A stretch of 41,115 bases of DNA. Origin: a virus. The notes under the pieces were generated by a model. That model had not been told where the DNA came from and ran no database searches. It was given only the letters and a program-made list of their open reading frames with translations. Below are positions 1 through 8,548 of this stretch, in pieces. The stretch covers positions 64,987-106,101 of the IMG/VR virus record IMGVR_UViG_3300028840_005768, one strand, 5' to 3'. Position numbers and translations under genes: made by a program. The number at the start of each line of letters is the position of its first letter. Position 1 is the stretch's first letter.

Positions 1-1032
1 CTCCTTCTGTAAATGACGAATTGAGGTGACAGTGAATTGATCTCCATTAAAAGCACCATACACAATCGCCCCGCCAATCTGCAGACTCAACTGCTTCTGT
101 TGGGGAAAATCTTCACCACCCAAAATTCGTACAGGGTTGCACCCGGTTTCAGAGGCTCGATCTAACGTTGCCTGACGCTGCTCTGTACCACACTGAATTT
201 GACTATTCTTTTGAGCCTGAGACCGAGTAATATTCTCCTGGATCTGATTGATCCGATCCTGACATTCCTGTGCCTGTGCATAATACTGAGCCGCCAGTTC
301 AGGGTCATGCAAAGCATGAGTCGCTGCGTTGCTAAATGCACTCGCCGCACATCGCAAAGTGTTCATCTGCCAAGATTGCATCGCGAGATTCACACCCCAT
401 GATGCATCGTTCCCACCAAGGGGCATCTGTGTGTGATAGTCCGCACCGATAACGGTTCCGATCGAACAGAGCGTTGTTCCCGTGACGGCTTTGTTGAACT
501 GTAGGGCGGGTACATCCTGCACCTTCCCGAAGACCATCGGCCATGCCTTCCCGATGAGATCCTTAGGAATCCACGGAAAATCGCCCTCTTCTGCCGAGAA
601 ACCAATCTCCTTGTCCTCTATTTGGGAGATGATCGTGAAGGAGACGGATCGGTCGCGCTCGTTCCAAGTGATGGGGGAGCTGATCTTACCTGAGAAGAGC
701 ATGAAGCGGTCGGTAAGGTCCAACCCTTCAAACCACTGATATACACGCGCGGTGCGTTTGTGAATGTCGTGCGAATCGAGGATCGCTTTGATGCTTCCAT
801 TTGTGTCATCCAAGGTGATTGTGATTTCCTGTGCGCCATCGCCATCCGTTACATTGATCACATTGTCCAGGTTGCCAACCTCAAGGATTGCGCCCGGAAT
901 GGTGCCAATGGTTCGATCAGCATAGAGACTTGACGGCGCACCCTCAACCCAGTCAACCTCGAGGATGACCACCGGCTCGGTGCCGAGCTTCGTGGCAATC
1001 TTCGTGAGGGCTGATGCCGAAAGACTCCTCAT
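1..1032 (-). CDS. Tail tip / baseplate hub-like protein, 5' part only (runs off the window)
   Basis: Absent from the ORF track. ATG at 1032 overlaps the upstream TGA (ATGA) and follows a GAGG RBS. The reading MRSLSASALTKIATKLGTEPVVILEVDW...FMLFSGKISSPITW...GKAWPMVFG appears to stay open to the window edge. Position after a Dit-like gene fits a tail-tip protein. Confidence 0.7.
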   Translation of the reverse strand, partial: MRSLSASALTKIATKLGTEPVVILEVDWVEGAPSSLYADRTIGTIPGAILEVGNLDNVINVTDGDGAQEITITLDDTNGSIKAILDSHDIHKRTARVYQWFEGLDLTDRFMLFSGKISSPITWNERDRSVSFTIISQIEDKEIGFSAEEGDFPWIPKDLIGKAWPMVFGKVQDVPALQFNKAVTGTTLCSIGTVIGADYHTQMPLGGNDASWGVNLAMQSWQMNTLRCAASAFSNAATHALHDPELAAQYYAQAQECQDRINQIQENITRSQAQKNSQIQCGTEQRQATLDRASETGCNPVRILGGEDFPQQKQLSLQIGGAIVYGAFNGDQFTVTSIRHLQKE

Positions 1033-1430
1033 GATACCTCTTCTCCCTCAAACTGAATGGTAATTGTCTGAGACTCGCCGCGTGGCATCGGAGAAATTGC
1101 GGGAGCCGCTCGGTGGGGAGTGTCAAACTCGAAAGGGTTGTTGATGAAGTTCCCCACCCACACCCGGCCCGTATGATCCTTCACGAAAATCTTTGAAGCG
1201 AAGTAGGAAAGAAGAAACTCCCGCAGTTCCAAAGCCTTATTCCGCGTCAAACGGAACGTCCATTGTAGCCCGCGCCGCCCCTTTGTCTTGATATAGGTGT
1301 AAAGCGTTCCATCCATGGTTCGCCGGACACTCATATCAGTCAACAAGTTCTCTCCGTCCCCGAACAGGGGATTGGGGAGAACCGTCGTGGTCTGTAGAGA
1401 AGGATGTGGCGCCTGCAAAGTGAACATCAC
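1029..1430 (-). CDS. Distal tail (Dit / lambda gpM-like) protein
   Basis: 133 aa in the tail-tip region with a RRTMDGTLYTY...LQWTF...LREFL...DHTGRVWVG pattern. Overlaps both neighbours by 4 nt. Confidence 0.55.
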   Translation of the reverse strand: MMFTLQAPHPSLQTTTVLPNPLFGDGENLLTDMSVRRTMDGTLYTYIKTKGRRGLQWTFRLTRNKALELREFLLSYFASKIFVKDHTGRVWVGNFINNPFEFDTPHRAAPAISPMPRGESQTITIQFEGEEVS

Positions 1431-1945
1431 ACAATCCCCAACTGAGTCCTCACGTCGTCCAACTGTGCCGGCAAGAGTGCCCTCTCATCTTCCAGCAACG
1501 CCCGTTCAGCCTCCAGTGCAGCCTTCTGGGCTTCCAAAACGGGTACCTCCTCAGGATCCGCCACATCAATCTGCCCCTCCAGTCGGGCAATCTCACGGTT
1601 CAAACGACGAATCTCCCTCGTCAACTCTTCAATCCGCGTGACCAGGAGATGCTCATGTAGCATCAAAGCAGATGCTCGAACCATCTGTCGAACGGCAGTG
1701 TCCAGCAAGGGGACCCGCTGCATCTCTGCCCCCAATTGCTGAATCACACAGCCAGTCGCAGGCTGATCCGCCGTCAGCACCTCACCGGATGCATGATCGT
1801 AGTTGTTGGCGCCAATAGCCATGTGCGCACCGTTACCAGGGAGATAACGAAGACGAATCCCGCTGACAAAAAGATCGCCAAAGGTCTTTTCATTCCTGGC
1901 AGGCACTGTCACGGGAGACGGTGAAGGAATCTGTGGCCAAGCCAT
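1427..1945 (-). CDS. Hypothetical protein with C-terminal coiled coil (possible tail fibre assembly factor)
   Basis: 172 aa ORF directly after the fibre gene, with a heptad-rich C-terminus. Confidence 0.55.
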   Translation of the reverse strand: MAWPQIPSPSPVTVPARNEKTFGDLFVSGIRLRYLPGNGAHMAIGANNYDHASGEVLTADQPATGCVIQQLGAEMQRVPLLDTAVRQMVRASALMLHEHLLVTRIEELTREIRRLNREIARLEGQIDVADPEEVPVLEAQKAALEAERALLEDERALLPAQLDDVRTQLGIV

Positions 1946-1948
1946 GTC

Positions 1949-4036
1949 TTACCCATTCACTTGAGTTAGTTCGATTCGTGCCACCCAACGGATGGTCGTC
2001 GAGGCCACGCCGGTGACCGCGATCTTCAAAGAGTCATTGGTATCATCGGCGGACACCGTGCAGGAACCAAATGGCGTGCCGCTAGGTCCCCACGAGTTAG
2101 ATGAGCTGTTCACTAGGGTCGTAGTTGAGCCTGTCCGTTCAATCACCCCCTTAGTCTCATACGCACAACTGCGCTGCGATCCATTTGTCTCGCGTGCGAC
2201 GACATTGATGGTGAAGAACCAAGTATCACCATCGTTCAGCGTCATCCGCGCAGAACTTCCGTTCAGGAATAGCTCCGTGCTCGTTGCAGCATCAGTAGTG
2301 CTATTACGGGCAACCAGCACAGAAGTCTGAGCATCACCCATAGCGGCAAAACGACCAGACGCATGAGCTACTTGGCCATACAAGCCGGCCTTCCCATAGT
2401 AGCCACCAGGCACCGTGGCAACATCAGCAGTGACTTCATTCCCGTACCCGCCGCCGATAAAAACGTAATCAGCACTTGCTGTATGTTGGTACCCGCCGCC
2501 TATACAGACATAGCCTGCACCTGAAGAGACTGTGTGATCATAGCCTCCAGCAATCACACTATGGGTTCCAGCAATGCTGTGACCTTGACCGCTGCCAATG
2601 AATCCATAATCAGCAGAAACAACATTCTGATAGCCCGACCCTATAAAGCAACGATCTGCGGATATGTCATTGTCGTATCCTGTACCAATGGCACTCTCAT
2701 CACCAGAGATTTCATTGTAACTGCCGCACAGAACCCCAGAGTAATTACCCTTTGATGCGGAATTCAGAATCTTGTTATACCGACCAGCGCCTACAAAAGC
2801 ATAGAGGCAGTTCGTCGATTGAATCTCGTTGTTCCGACCACCACCAATCACACCCGCGTATCCAGCAACTATATTATTTCTCCCAGCACCAATGAAGGTA
2901 TAATAAGCGGATACGGTGTTGAGATAGCCTGCAGCAATGCCAGCAGATTGAACGCTGCTGGAAACAGTATTCGTGTTGCCGGCTCCAATGAACGAGTAAG
3001 ACCCGCTAATGGTATTGGTTGTGCCCGCCACAATTCCCGACAAGCCGGCATTTATTGTGTTGTCACCACCTGCAAGAATACCTGCATAATCGGAAGCATT
3101 CAATTCATTCCGTAGCCCAGCAACCACAGCCGAGTAATCACAATCCGAATCGATGTCTCCTTGGTAGCCGGTGACTATGCCGCATTCATAGCCGGCATTC
3201 ACATTTTCTTCACCAGCAATGATCGCACCACGTCCCCCGGATTGAACATTACTTACCCCTGTGATAATAACTGCAAAGCTCCCACTAGCAGTATTGTTGT
3301 ACCCTCCAATTATGACAGAACAAGTTCCGCTAGCACATTGTGCATCCGTAGTACGAGATCGTTGAATATCACACGCCTTGTTCCCGTATGCCGTAGTCCC
3401 CTCGTCAAGGACAAAGATCGCACCTTCACCGTTGGGTGCAATTTGAATATTGCCGTCTGTTACAGACGTCGTGATCTTCTTCCCATTGACATCCAGGTTA
3501 CCACCCAGCTTAATTGTGCCGCCGGCATCCAGAAAAATGTTGCCAGTTGCATCAACAACGGCATCCGTTCCATCAGAGAAGAGATCCATGTCACCCTGAG
3601 TCGCGCCTAAGCAAATCTTTTGATTGTCAGCAGCGACGGTGATTGAACCCGTGGTAGAGAAGTTATCCGCAGCATTGGTCCAGTCAATGTGCTCATTTGC
3701 AACAAAATCACTGAACCCATCATGAAAGGCACCGCCAGCCATTGCAGCACCGGCAGCGGCAACATTCGTAGCATCGGTCACATCAGCTCCAGCCTCAATG
3801 CCGTCAAGCTTCGCGCCATCAACAGACAAGTCCCTGCCGTCAATCAGGATGCCGACGTCAACAGTCAAATTCCCTGACAGGTTTCGAGAACCATCAGCGC
3901 GAAGATACTGCGTGTGGTCATCGTCTCCGAGACCAGTCAGCCCGCCGTGATCAACAATGGACGGATCAAGAGCATCTCCCGACTGCAGCTGCTCGATCTG
4001 CCCGGCATTCATCACAAGAGGTTTTCGTTCAGCCAT
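1949..4036 (-). CDS. Tail fibre / receptor-binding protein with YadA-head-like GGxxN beta-roll repeats
   Basis: Likely start is MAERKPLV at 4036 (AGAGGA RBS). Carries fibre motifs DHGGLTGLGDDDHTQY and DGAKLDGIEAGADVT, then many ~15-aa repeats of S/F-I-G-G/A-G-x-x-N. Confidence 0.75.
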   Translation of the reverse strand: MAERKPLVMNAGQIEQLQSGDALDPSIVDHGGLTGLGDDDHTQYLRADGSRNLSGNLTVDVGILIDGRDLSVDGAKLDGIEAGADVTDATNVAAAGAAMAGGAFHDGFSDFVANEHIDWTNAADNFSTTGSITVAADNQKICLGATQGDMDLFSDGTDAVVDATGNIFLDAGGTIKLGGNLDVNGKKITTSVTDGNIQIAPNGEGAIFVLDEGTTAYGNKACDIQRSRTTDAQCASGTCSVIIGGYNNTASGSFAVIITGVSNVQSGGRGAIIAGEENVNAGYECGIVTGYQGDIDSDCDYSAVVAGLRNELNASDYAGILAGGDNTINAGLSGIVAGTTNTISGSYSFIGAGNTNTVSSSVQSAGIAAGYLNTVSAYYTFIGAGRNNIVAGYAGVIGGGRNNEIQSTNCLYAFVGAGRYNKILNSASKGNYSGVLCGSYNEISGDESAIGTGYDNDISADRCFIGSGYQNVVSADYGFIGSGQGHSIAGTHSVIAGGYDHTVSSGAGYVCIGGGYQHTASADYVFIGGGYGNEVTADVATVPGGYYGKAGLYGQVAHASGRFAAMGDAQTSVLVARNSTTDAATSTELFLNGSSARMTLNDGDTWFFTINVVARETNGSQRSCAYETKGVIERTGSTTTLVNSSSNSWGPSGTPFGSCTVSADDTNDSLKIAVTGVASTTIRWVARIELTQVNG

Positions 4037-4046
4037 GGGAATCCTC

Positions 4047-6218
4047 TTAGAGTCGAACAGGTAGTTCGATTTCAATATCCAAGGTCTCGGCATCCAACGC
4101 GCGGCCAACCCGAACGACATACTGGCCGACAGTAGTCGGGGCGGTTGCCGTCAAGAGGCCGGCTGTGGTCGAACTGAGAAAGTAGGTGATGCCGGGTGTT
4201 AGAGCAGTGGTGCCGATAACCTCAGTCCAATCCGACCGCGTGACCTTACCCTCAGTGATGTATTTCACAGTCGATGCCGCTGCAGCATCCGACAAAGCCA
4301 CACCGGCAACCTGTACGGAACTCGCCCCGTTTGCCTGGGCCAGGTCCGCGTGACCATTGCTCTTGATGTAGAGAGCGTGGCCGATCTTGATTTGTGAATC
4401 TGCAACCGCCTCGCTGTAGTCAGCCTCGGAAGTCACAGGAGGCTCCGCCTCAACAGGAACATAGTAGCCATCCACCTGCTCCGAGCGAGTTGCCGAGTAA
4501 CGGTACGTTGGAGGCACGACCTGCGGATTCCAGGTGGGGTCCAGCTCACCCTGGAATTCAAAGCTCGCCGAGTAGGAATCAAAGCGATCCTCGATGATCG
4601 GCTCGGCCGGCGACGTGATCACGCCTTTCCAATAGCGGTGCTCCCAGTCGATCAGGCCGACCTCTTGCCCGGGATGGGCCTCCATGAAATCCAACAACGC
4701 CTGAGCCTCCACACGGAACAGGCCGGAGAATTGCAGTACGAGCGTTTGAACCTTCGGCCAAATGGGATCCGCGAAGACAATCAGCGTCCCACCGCGCGTT
4801 TCCCGCTGAATTCGATTGAAGGCCAAACGATCCTTGTTCCCCAAATTGGGCGCCCGAAGTGAGACGCTATCAGTCACCGTGCCAGTAGCCGGGTACACCA
4901 GCTGAAAGTCCACCTGGATACCCGACATCGGCCCCTGCAGCTCCGTTGGGGGCGGGGTCGGGGCATCAGGATCCGTGTTCTCACCAACGAACGGCGTGTA
5001 CTGATACAGCGATGAGCCGGAAACGATGACAAAGGCTGCAGCTTGCGACAGATTCAAGGTCGAACCGAGCGCGGGTCCCCGCTCAATGACAACAGTAGCC
5101 GCTTGTGTCAGAGTTAAGTCGCTGCCAAAGTACTCACCAGTCTTAACCGAATCAGACAACGAGAGCGACGAACTCGCACTCTCCACCTGATGGAGTGCTT
5201 GGCTCAGCGACAAGGTATTCGAAGCAGAGTGCGAAGACGCAGACGCTTTGATCAGAATGACGGAGACCGCCTGACCGAGGGATAGGGTCTGATCATCCGT
5301 GGGCGGGCTGAAATCCCCTTCCAGGTCAACACTCTGCGTCAGACCGGTCTCAACCTCAATCAGCGAATTGGTCGCCGTATCATACCATATTTCCGTCTCC
5401 ACCAACGGCGACGTCGCACTGACATAGATCGGCCCGGCAACATGGACGCTCTGCGCCAACGCCAGTTCAGTGGTAGCCGTACCGGTCAAGAAGTTACTCT
5501 TGACCGATTGGGCCAGGGCGAGTTGTGTGGTAACAGCAAGCGGCAGAGGGGCCGCATGAACGTCTTGACTCAGCGAAAGGATATTACTGACGGAAAGCGG
5601 AACAGCCCCTAACTTGACAGACTGAGTCAAAGCCAAAGTGCTCGTTACCAGCTTGCCGTGCGTTACCACGACCGCCTGACTAAGAGACAATGCGCTCGTC
5701 AGGTAACGGTACTTGATGATGTTGTCAGCAATCTGCTCCAGATCGAGCGTATTGCTGGCAGACAGGTTTCTGTCCCCACTGGGGACCACTTCTTGTGCCA
5801 GGTAAATGTCTGAAGACGCTGAGACTTCAAACACTTCCGGCTCGCGCACTGAACTGGTCAGCTCAAGCGTATTGGTCACAAAGAGCGGTTTCGGCCCAAC
5901 ATAACTCAGGTCTTGACTCAGTGACAACTGGCTATGCATGTAGAAAGTAGGAACGAAATCCGCAGCATCACTGAGAGACAGCGTGCTAGTGACACTTTCG
6001 GTATGGAGATTCTTCGCTGCCGATTGGGTCAATGAGAGCGTCGACTCCACGCTCCTCTCGATAATTGGATACGGACGAAGAATCTCCACCGCTTGCCGCG
6101 TAACACGCAGCTCACTAGATACTGGGTGCAGCACTTCGACAGCCTGCCGAGTGACGCGAAGCTCGCTGTCTACCTCGTGCAGTGCTTCGACTGCTTGTCG
6201 CGTAACACGAAGTGCCAT
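4047..6218 (-). CDS. Multidomain minor tail protein (N-terminal LRVTRQAVE repeats, SxLxLxQ repeats, Dit-like domain, C-terminal DUF2190-like beta domain)
   Basis: Start MALRVTRQ at 6218 with GGAGAG RBS. Repetitive Ser/Thr/Leu stalk. Internal segment resembles 1029..1430. Confidence 0.65.
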   Translation of the reverse strand: MALRVTRQAVEALHEVDSELRVTRQAVEVLHPVSSELRVTRQAVEILRPYPIIERSVESTLSLTQSAAKNLHTESVTSTLSLSDAADFVPTFYMHSQLSLSQDLSYVGPKPLFVTNTLELTSSVREPEVFEVSASSDIYLAQEVVPSGDRNLSASNTLDLEQIADNIIKYRYLTSALSLSQAVVVTHGKLVTSTLALTQSVKLGAVPLSVSNILSLSQDVHAAPLPLAVTTQLALAQSVKSNFLTGTATTELALAQSVHVAGPIYVSATSPLVETEIWYDTATNSLIEVETGLTQSVDLEGDFSPPTDDQTLSLGQAVSVILIKASASSHSASNTLSLSQALHQVESASSSLSLSDSVKTGEYFGSDLTLTQAATVVIERGPALGSTLNLSQAAAFVIVSGSSLYQYTPFVGENTDPDAPTPPPTELQGPMSGIQVDFQLVYPATGTVTDSVSLRAPNLGNKDRLAFNRIQRETRGGTLIVFADPIWPKVQTLVLQFSGLFRVEAQALLDFMEAHPGQEVGLIDWEHRYWKGVITSPAEPIIEDRFDSYSASFEFQGELDPTWNPQVVPPTYRYSATRSEQVDGYYVPVEAEPPVTSEADYSEAVADSQIKIGHALYIKSNGHADLAQANGASSVQVAGVALSDAAAASTVKYITEGKVTRSDWTEVIGTTALTPGITYFLSSTTAGLLTATAPTTVGQYVVRVGRALDAETLDIEIELPVRL

Positions 6219-6231
6219 CAATTCTCTCCCA

Positions 6232-6267
6232 CCTACCCGGCCTACCCGACCTACCCGGCCTACCCGA
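6232..6267. repeat. 4 x 9-bp tandem repeat CCTACCCG(G/A)
   Basis: Units at 6232, 6241, 6250 and 6259. Each supplies an in-frame TAG for the 6260..7306 gene. Confidence 0.9.
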
Positions 6268-7306
6268 CCTTCACGCCAAACTGTGCCGCATTGATGCCAG
6301 CCGCCGTCCACGCAGAGCTGGTATCAGGATCCTGTTCCATAATCCGCCCTTGACCAACAAAGGACGTACTACCAATCGAGACACCAGCATCCTCATCAAC
6401 TGTCGTATTCGACTTGCAGGAAGTGATCAATGTCTTGCTCTGAGCATCCGTCACCCGAGCGATGGTGTTGATTTGGATTCCTTTGATGCCAGTGATTCCG
6501 GTGTCAATGTTCTCATAGTCATAGAGATCACGGTCACCAGAAGTGCCGGATTCCACGTACGTGGTGTCACCATCCGGCGGCTCTTCATCAACCAGGGCAT
6601 AATGATCGGTTCCCGTCGAGCATGTGAAATCCTTTTCACCAGTCACATCACCATTCGGAACAATGCCGGTGACCTTCATGTCGCCAAGGAAGTCGTTGTT
6701 CGTGCTCCCAGTGCTGTCACAAACGTAGATGTCATCCCATGTAGTCAAGGCATACTGATCCCCATAGAAAATGAGCCTGTCTGCTGACGCATTCGACGAC
6801 GCTTGTGTGTCAACACTTGATCCACTCATCACCGCTGTTCCATTGAAGCGAACTACATAGGAACCGGTCGTATTGTGGATGGTAACCTTAACTTCGACGT
6901 AAACCCACTGATTTGTAGATAAGCCATAGGTATCAAGGACCGTTGTGTTACGTTTAAGACGCAGAGTAGCGCCTTCACGATCTAACACAATCTGATTTGT
7001 TGGGCCGGCCGAATCGATAATCTGCAGCCAGTTACCACCGTTTGAATAGGAAGAGGGGAGCTTGACGGCAAAACCAATAATCCAGGTTGCTTGAGAATCC
7101 AAATCAACCCGAATACTGTGGTGATAAGCCCCACCGCCCCATTCAATCCCTAGACCAGAACCACGACCAGCAACAATCTCACCATCATCACCACCTGCTG
7201 TGGTATTGGCTTCATCGTATTTCTGTTGTAGCGCGGTCTCGAGCGTGGACCCCGTAGTCCCCGAGGCACCAAACGTCTCGAAACCCTCAATCCAGCGAAG
7301 TGCCAT
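6260..7306 (-). CDS. Minor tail protein, beta-sandwich / LamG-like
   Basis: Start MALRWIEGFE at 7306 (GAGGAGG RBS). Contains WVYVEVKV...WDDIYVCD and a C-terminal AWTAAGINAAQFG typical of phage tail lectin-like proteins. Confidence 0.65.
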   Translation of the reverse strand: MALRWIEGFETFGASGTTGSTLETALQQKYDEANTTAGGDDGEIVAGRGSGLGIEWGGGAYHHSIRVDLDSQATWIIGFAVKLPSSYSNGGNWLQIIDSAGPTNQIVLDREGATLRLKRNTTVLDTYGLSTNQWVYVEVKVTIHNTTGSYVVRFNGTAVMSGSSVDTQASSNASADRLIFYGDQYALTTWDDIYVCDSTGSTNNDFLGDMKVTGIVPNGDVTGEKDFTCSTGTDHYALVDEEPPDGDTTYVESGTSGDRDLYDYENIDTGITGIKGIQINTIARVTDAQSKTLITSCKSNTTVDEDAGVSIGSTSFVGQGRIMEQDPDTSSAWTAAGINAAQFGVKVG

Positions 7307-7325
7307 AGGAACCTCCTCATAGTAC

Positions 7326-7820
7326 CTAGTTAACTCGCAATCCAAACACCCGGCGAACCAGTTGATTGGCAGTTGATGGATAGACTCTCTCAAGATAAGT
7401 CAATACATCCCGGTATCGATTGAATCCAGAAAGAATCGGATCAATCGTACTCACAAGCCTCAAGATCAAATAGACAATGCCGGCATCACCTTGAGAATCG
7501 GCATTCAAACCCAATTCAGAGATGATCAATTCAGCATAGTTCTCTTGAATACTCGCCGTTGATGATTGAAACAACGTGAACGTTGACTCAACACTCTCCT
7601 CAACCACTGGATACAACGGACAAAGGATCTCTACGGCTTGGCGAGTGACGCGCAGTGTGCTAGACACCGGATGCAACACTTCGACAGCCTGCCGTGTGAC
7701 GCAAAGCTCACTAGCCACTGCATACTCATGCAGTACTTCGACAACTTGCCGAGTGACGCGAAGCTCGCTGTCAACTTCGTGCAGTGCTTCGACTGTTTGC
7801 CGTGTAACGCGAAGTGCCAT
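7326..7820 (-). CDS. Short paralog of the N-terminus of 4047..6218 (LRVTRQxVE repeats)
   Basis: First ~85 aa align with the start of 4047..6218. The C-terminus is unrelated and the RBS is weak. Confidence 0.5.
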   Translation of the reverse strand: MALRVTRQTVEALHEVDSELRVTRQVVEVLHEYAVASELCVTRQAVEVLHPVSSTLRVTRQAVEILCPLYPVVEESVESTFTLFQSSTASIQENYAELIISELGLNADSQGDAGIVYLILRLVSTIDPILSGFNRYRDVLTYLERVYPSTANQLVRRVFGLRVN

Positions 7821-7825
7821 AGGAA

Positions 7826-7866
7826 ATCAAAAGATGGCCGAGCCGGGCCGCAGCCCGAGCCCGGCC
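7826..7866 (-). terminator. Probable intrinsic terminator
   Basis: Minus strand GGCCGGGCTCGGGC-tgcg-GCCCGGCTCGGCC followed by ATCTTTTGATTT. Confidence 0.55.
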
Positions 7867-7900
7867 ACCACGAGGGAGAGAATCAAAACGGCGTCCGCGA

Positions 7901-8464
7901 TTACGCGCTCACCGTGTACGTGATCTTCAGCTGATCGCTGACCGCCACCGTGACCGTCGAGGCAAAGAGAGCCGTTGCCCAGAGGCAGTGAGCTGTGCCG
8001 GCAGTATGGTCGCCTTTGGTAGCCGCATTGGTACCAGCACACAGAAACACGCCGCGCACCGCACCGGCCGAAGAAATGGTGAAGGTGGCAACCGCCGAAT
8101 TCGAGATTGACTGACCCGAAGCAGCGTCCTCCGGCCAGGTCACACGATTGGCCTCGGAGTAGCCGGTGAACTCGTCCCAGTCATGACCCGCCTGATCAAT
8201 GTCGTCATACTTGTCAGTAGCCTGGACCCCAGTGCCACCATAGTTGTTGTTGTCAATCAGGCCGAGATACCAGGTAGTGTGAGCCGAGGTACCATGGAAC
8301 ATCACGTCAAAGAGACGATTCTTCCCCTCATTCGTGATGCCATTCGTGATATTGTACTCAGCGATCTTCTCGCCCTCCCGCCAATGCTCAATGACCAGGC
8401 GGCCTTTGAGAGGCAACAGGTTGGCCGGGAGCGGAGCGGCAGGGGCGCATGCATTGTCGTTCAT
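7901..8464 (-). CDS. Tail collar / baseplate-upper-like structural protein
   Basis: NGITNEG...WYLGL...ATFTI...TVAVSDQLKITYTV pattern, common in phage genes immediately after the tape measure. Confidence 0.6.
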   Translation of the reverse strand: MNDNACAPAAPLPANLLPLKGRLVIEHWREGEKIAEYNITNGITNEGKNRLFDVMFHGTSAHTTWYLGLIDNNNYGGTGVQATDKYDDIDQAGHDWDEFTGYSEANRVTWPEDAASGQSISNSAVATFTISSAGAVRGVFLCAGTNAATKGDHTAGTAHCLWATALFASTVTVAVSDQLKITYTVSA

Positions 8465-8493
8465 CTACGAAGTCTCCACAGAAAGGGTGTCAA

Positions 8494-8524
8494 GAAATGG
8501 CAGACGCCACCTCAGGTGGCGTCT
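8494..8524 (-). terminator. Possible terminator after tape measure
   Basis: Perfect hairpin AGACGCCACC-tga-GGTGGCGTCT followed by GCCATTTCTT on the minus strand. Confidence 0.45.
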
Positions 8525-8548
8525 TACCGAGCTGTCCAGAACAAACGC

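Noticed and set aside
6216-6267. Amber (TAG) codon reassignment in this phage
   Set aside because: TAG serves as a normal stop elsewhere (e.g. 15165, 27053, 27859, 29342-region neighbours read normally), and conserved genes are not interrupted by TAG.
6040-7820. Diversity-generating retroelement template/variable repeat pair
   Set aside because: Differences between the two LRVTRQ regions are mostly synonymous and not adenine-specific, they lie at the 5' ends of genes, and there is no reverse transcriptase in the window.
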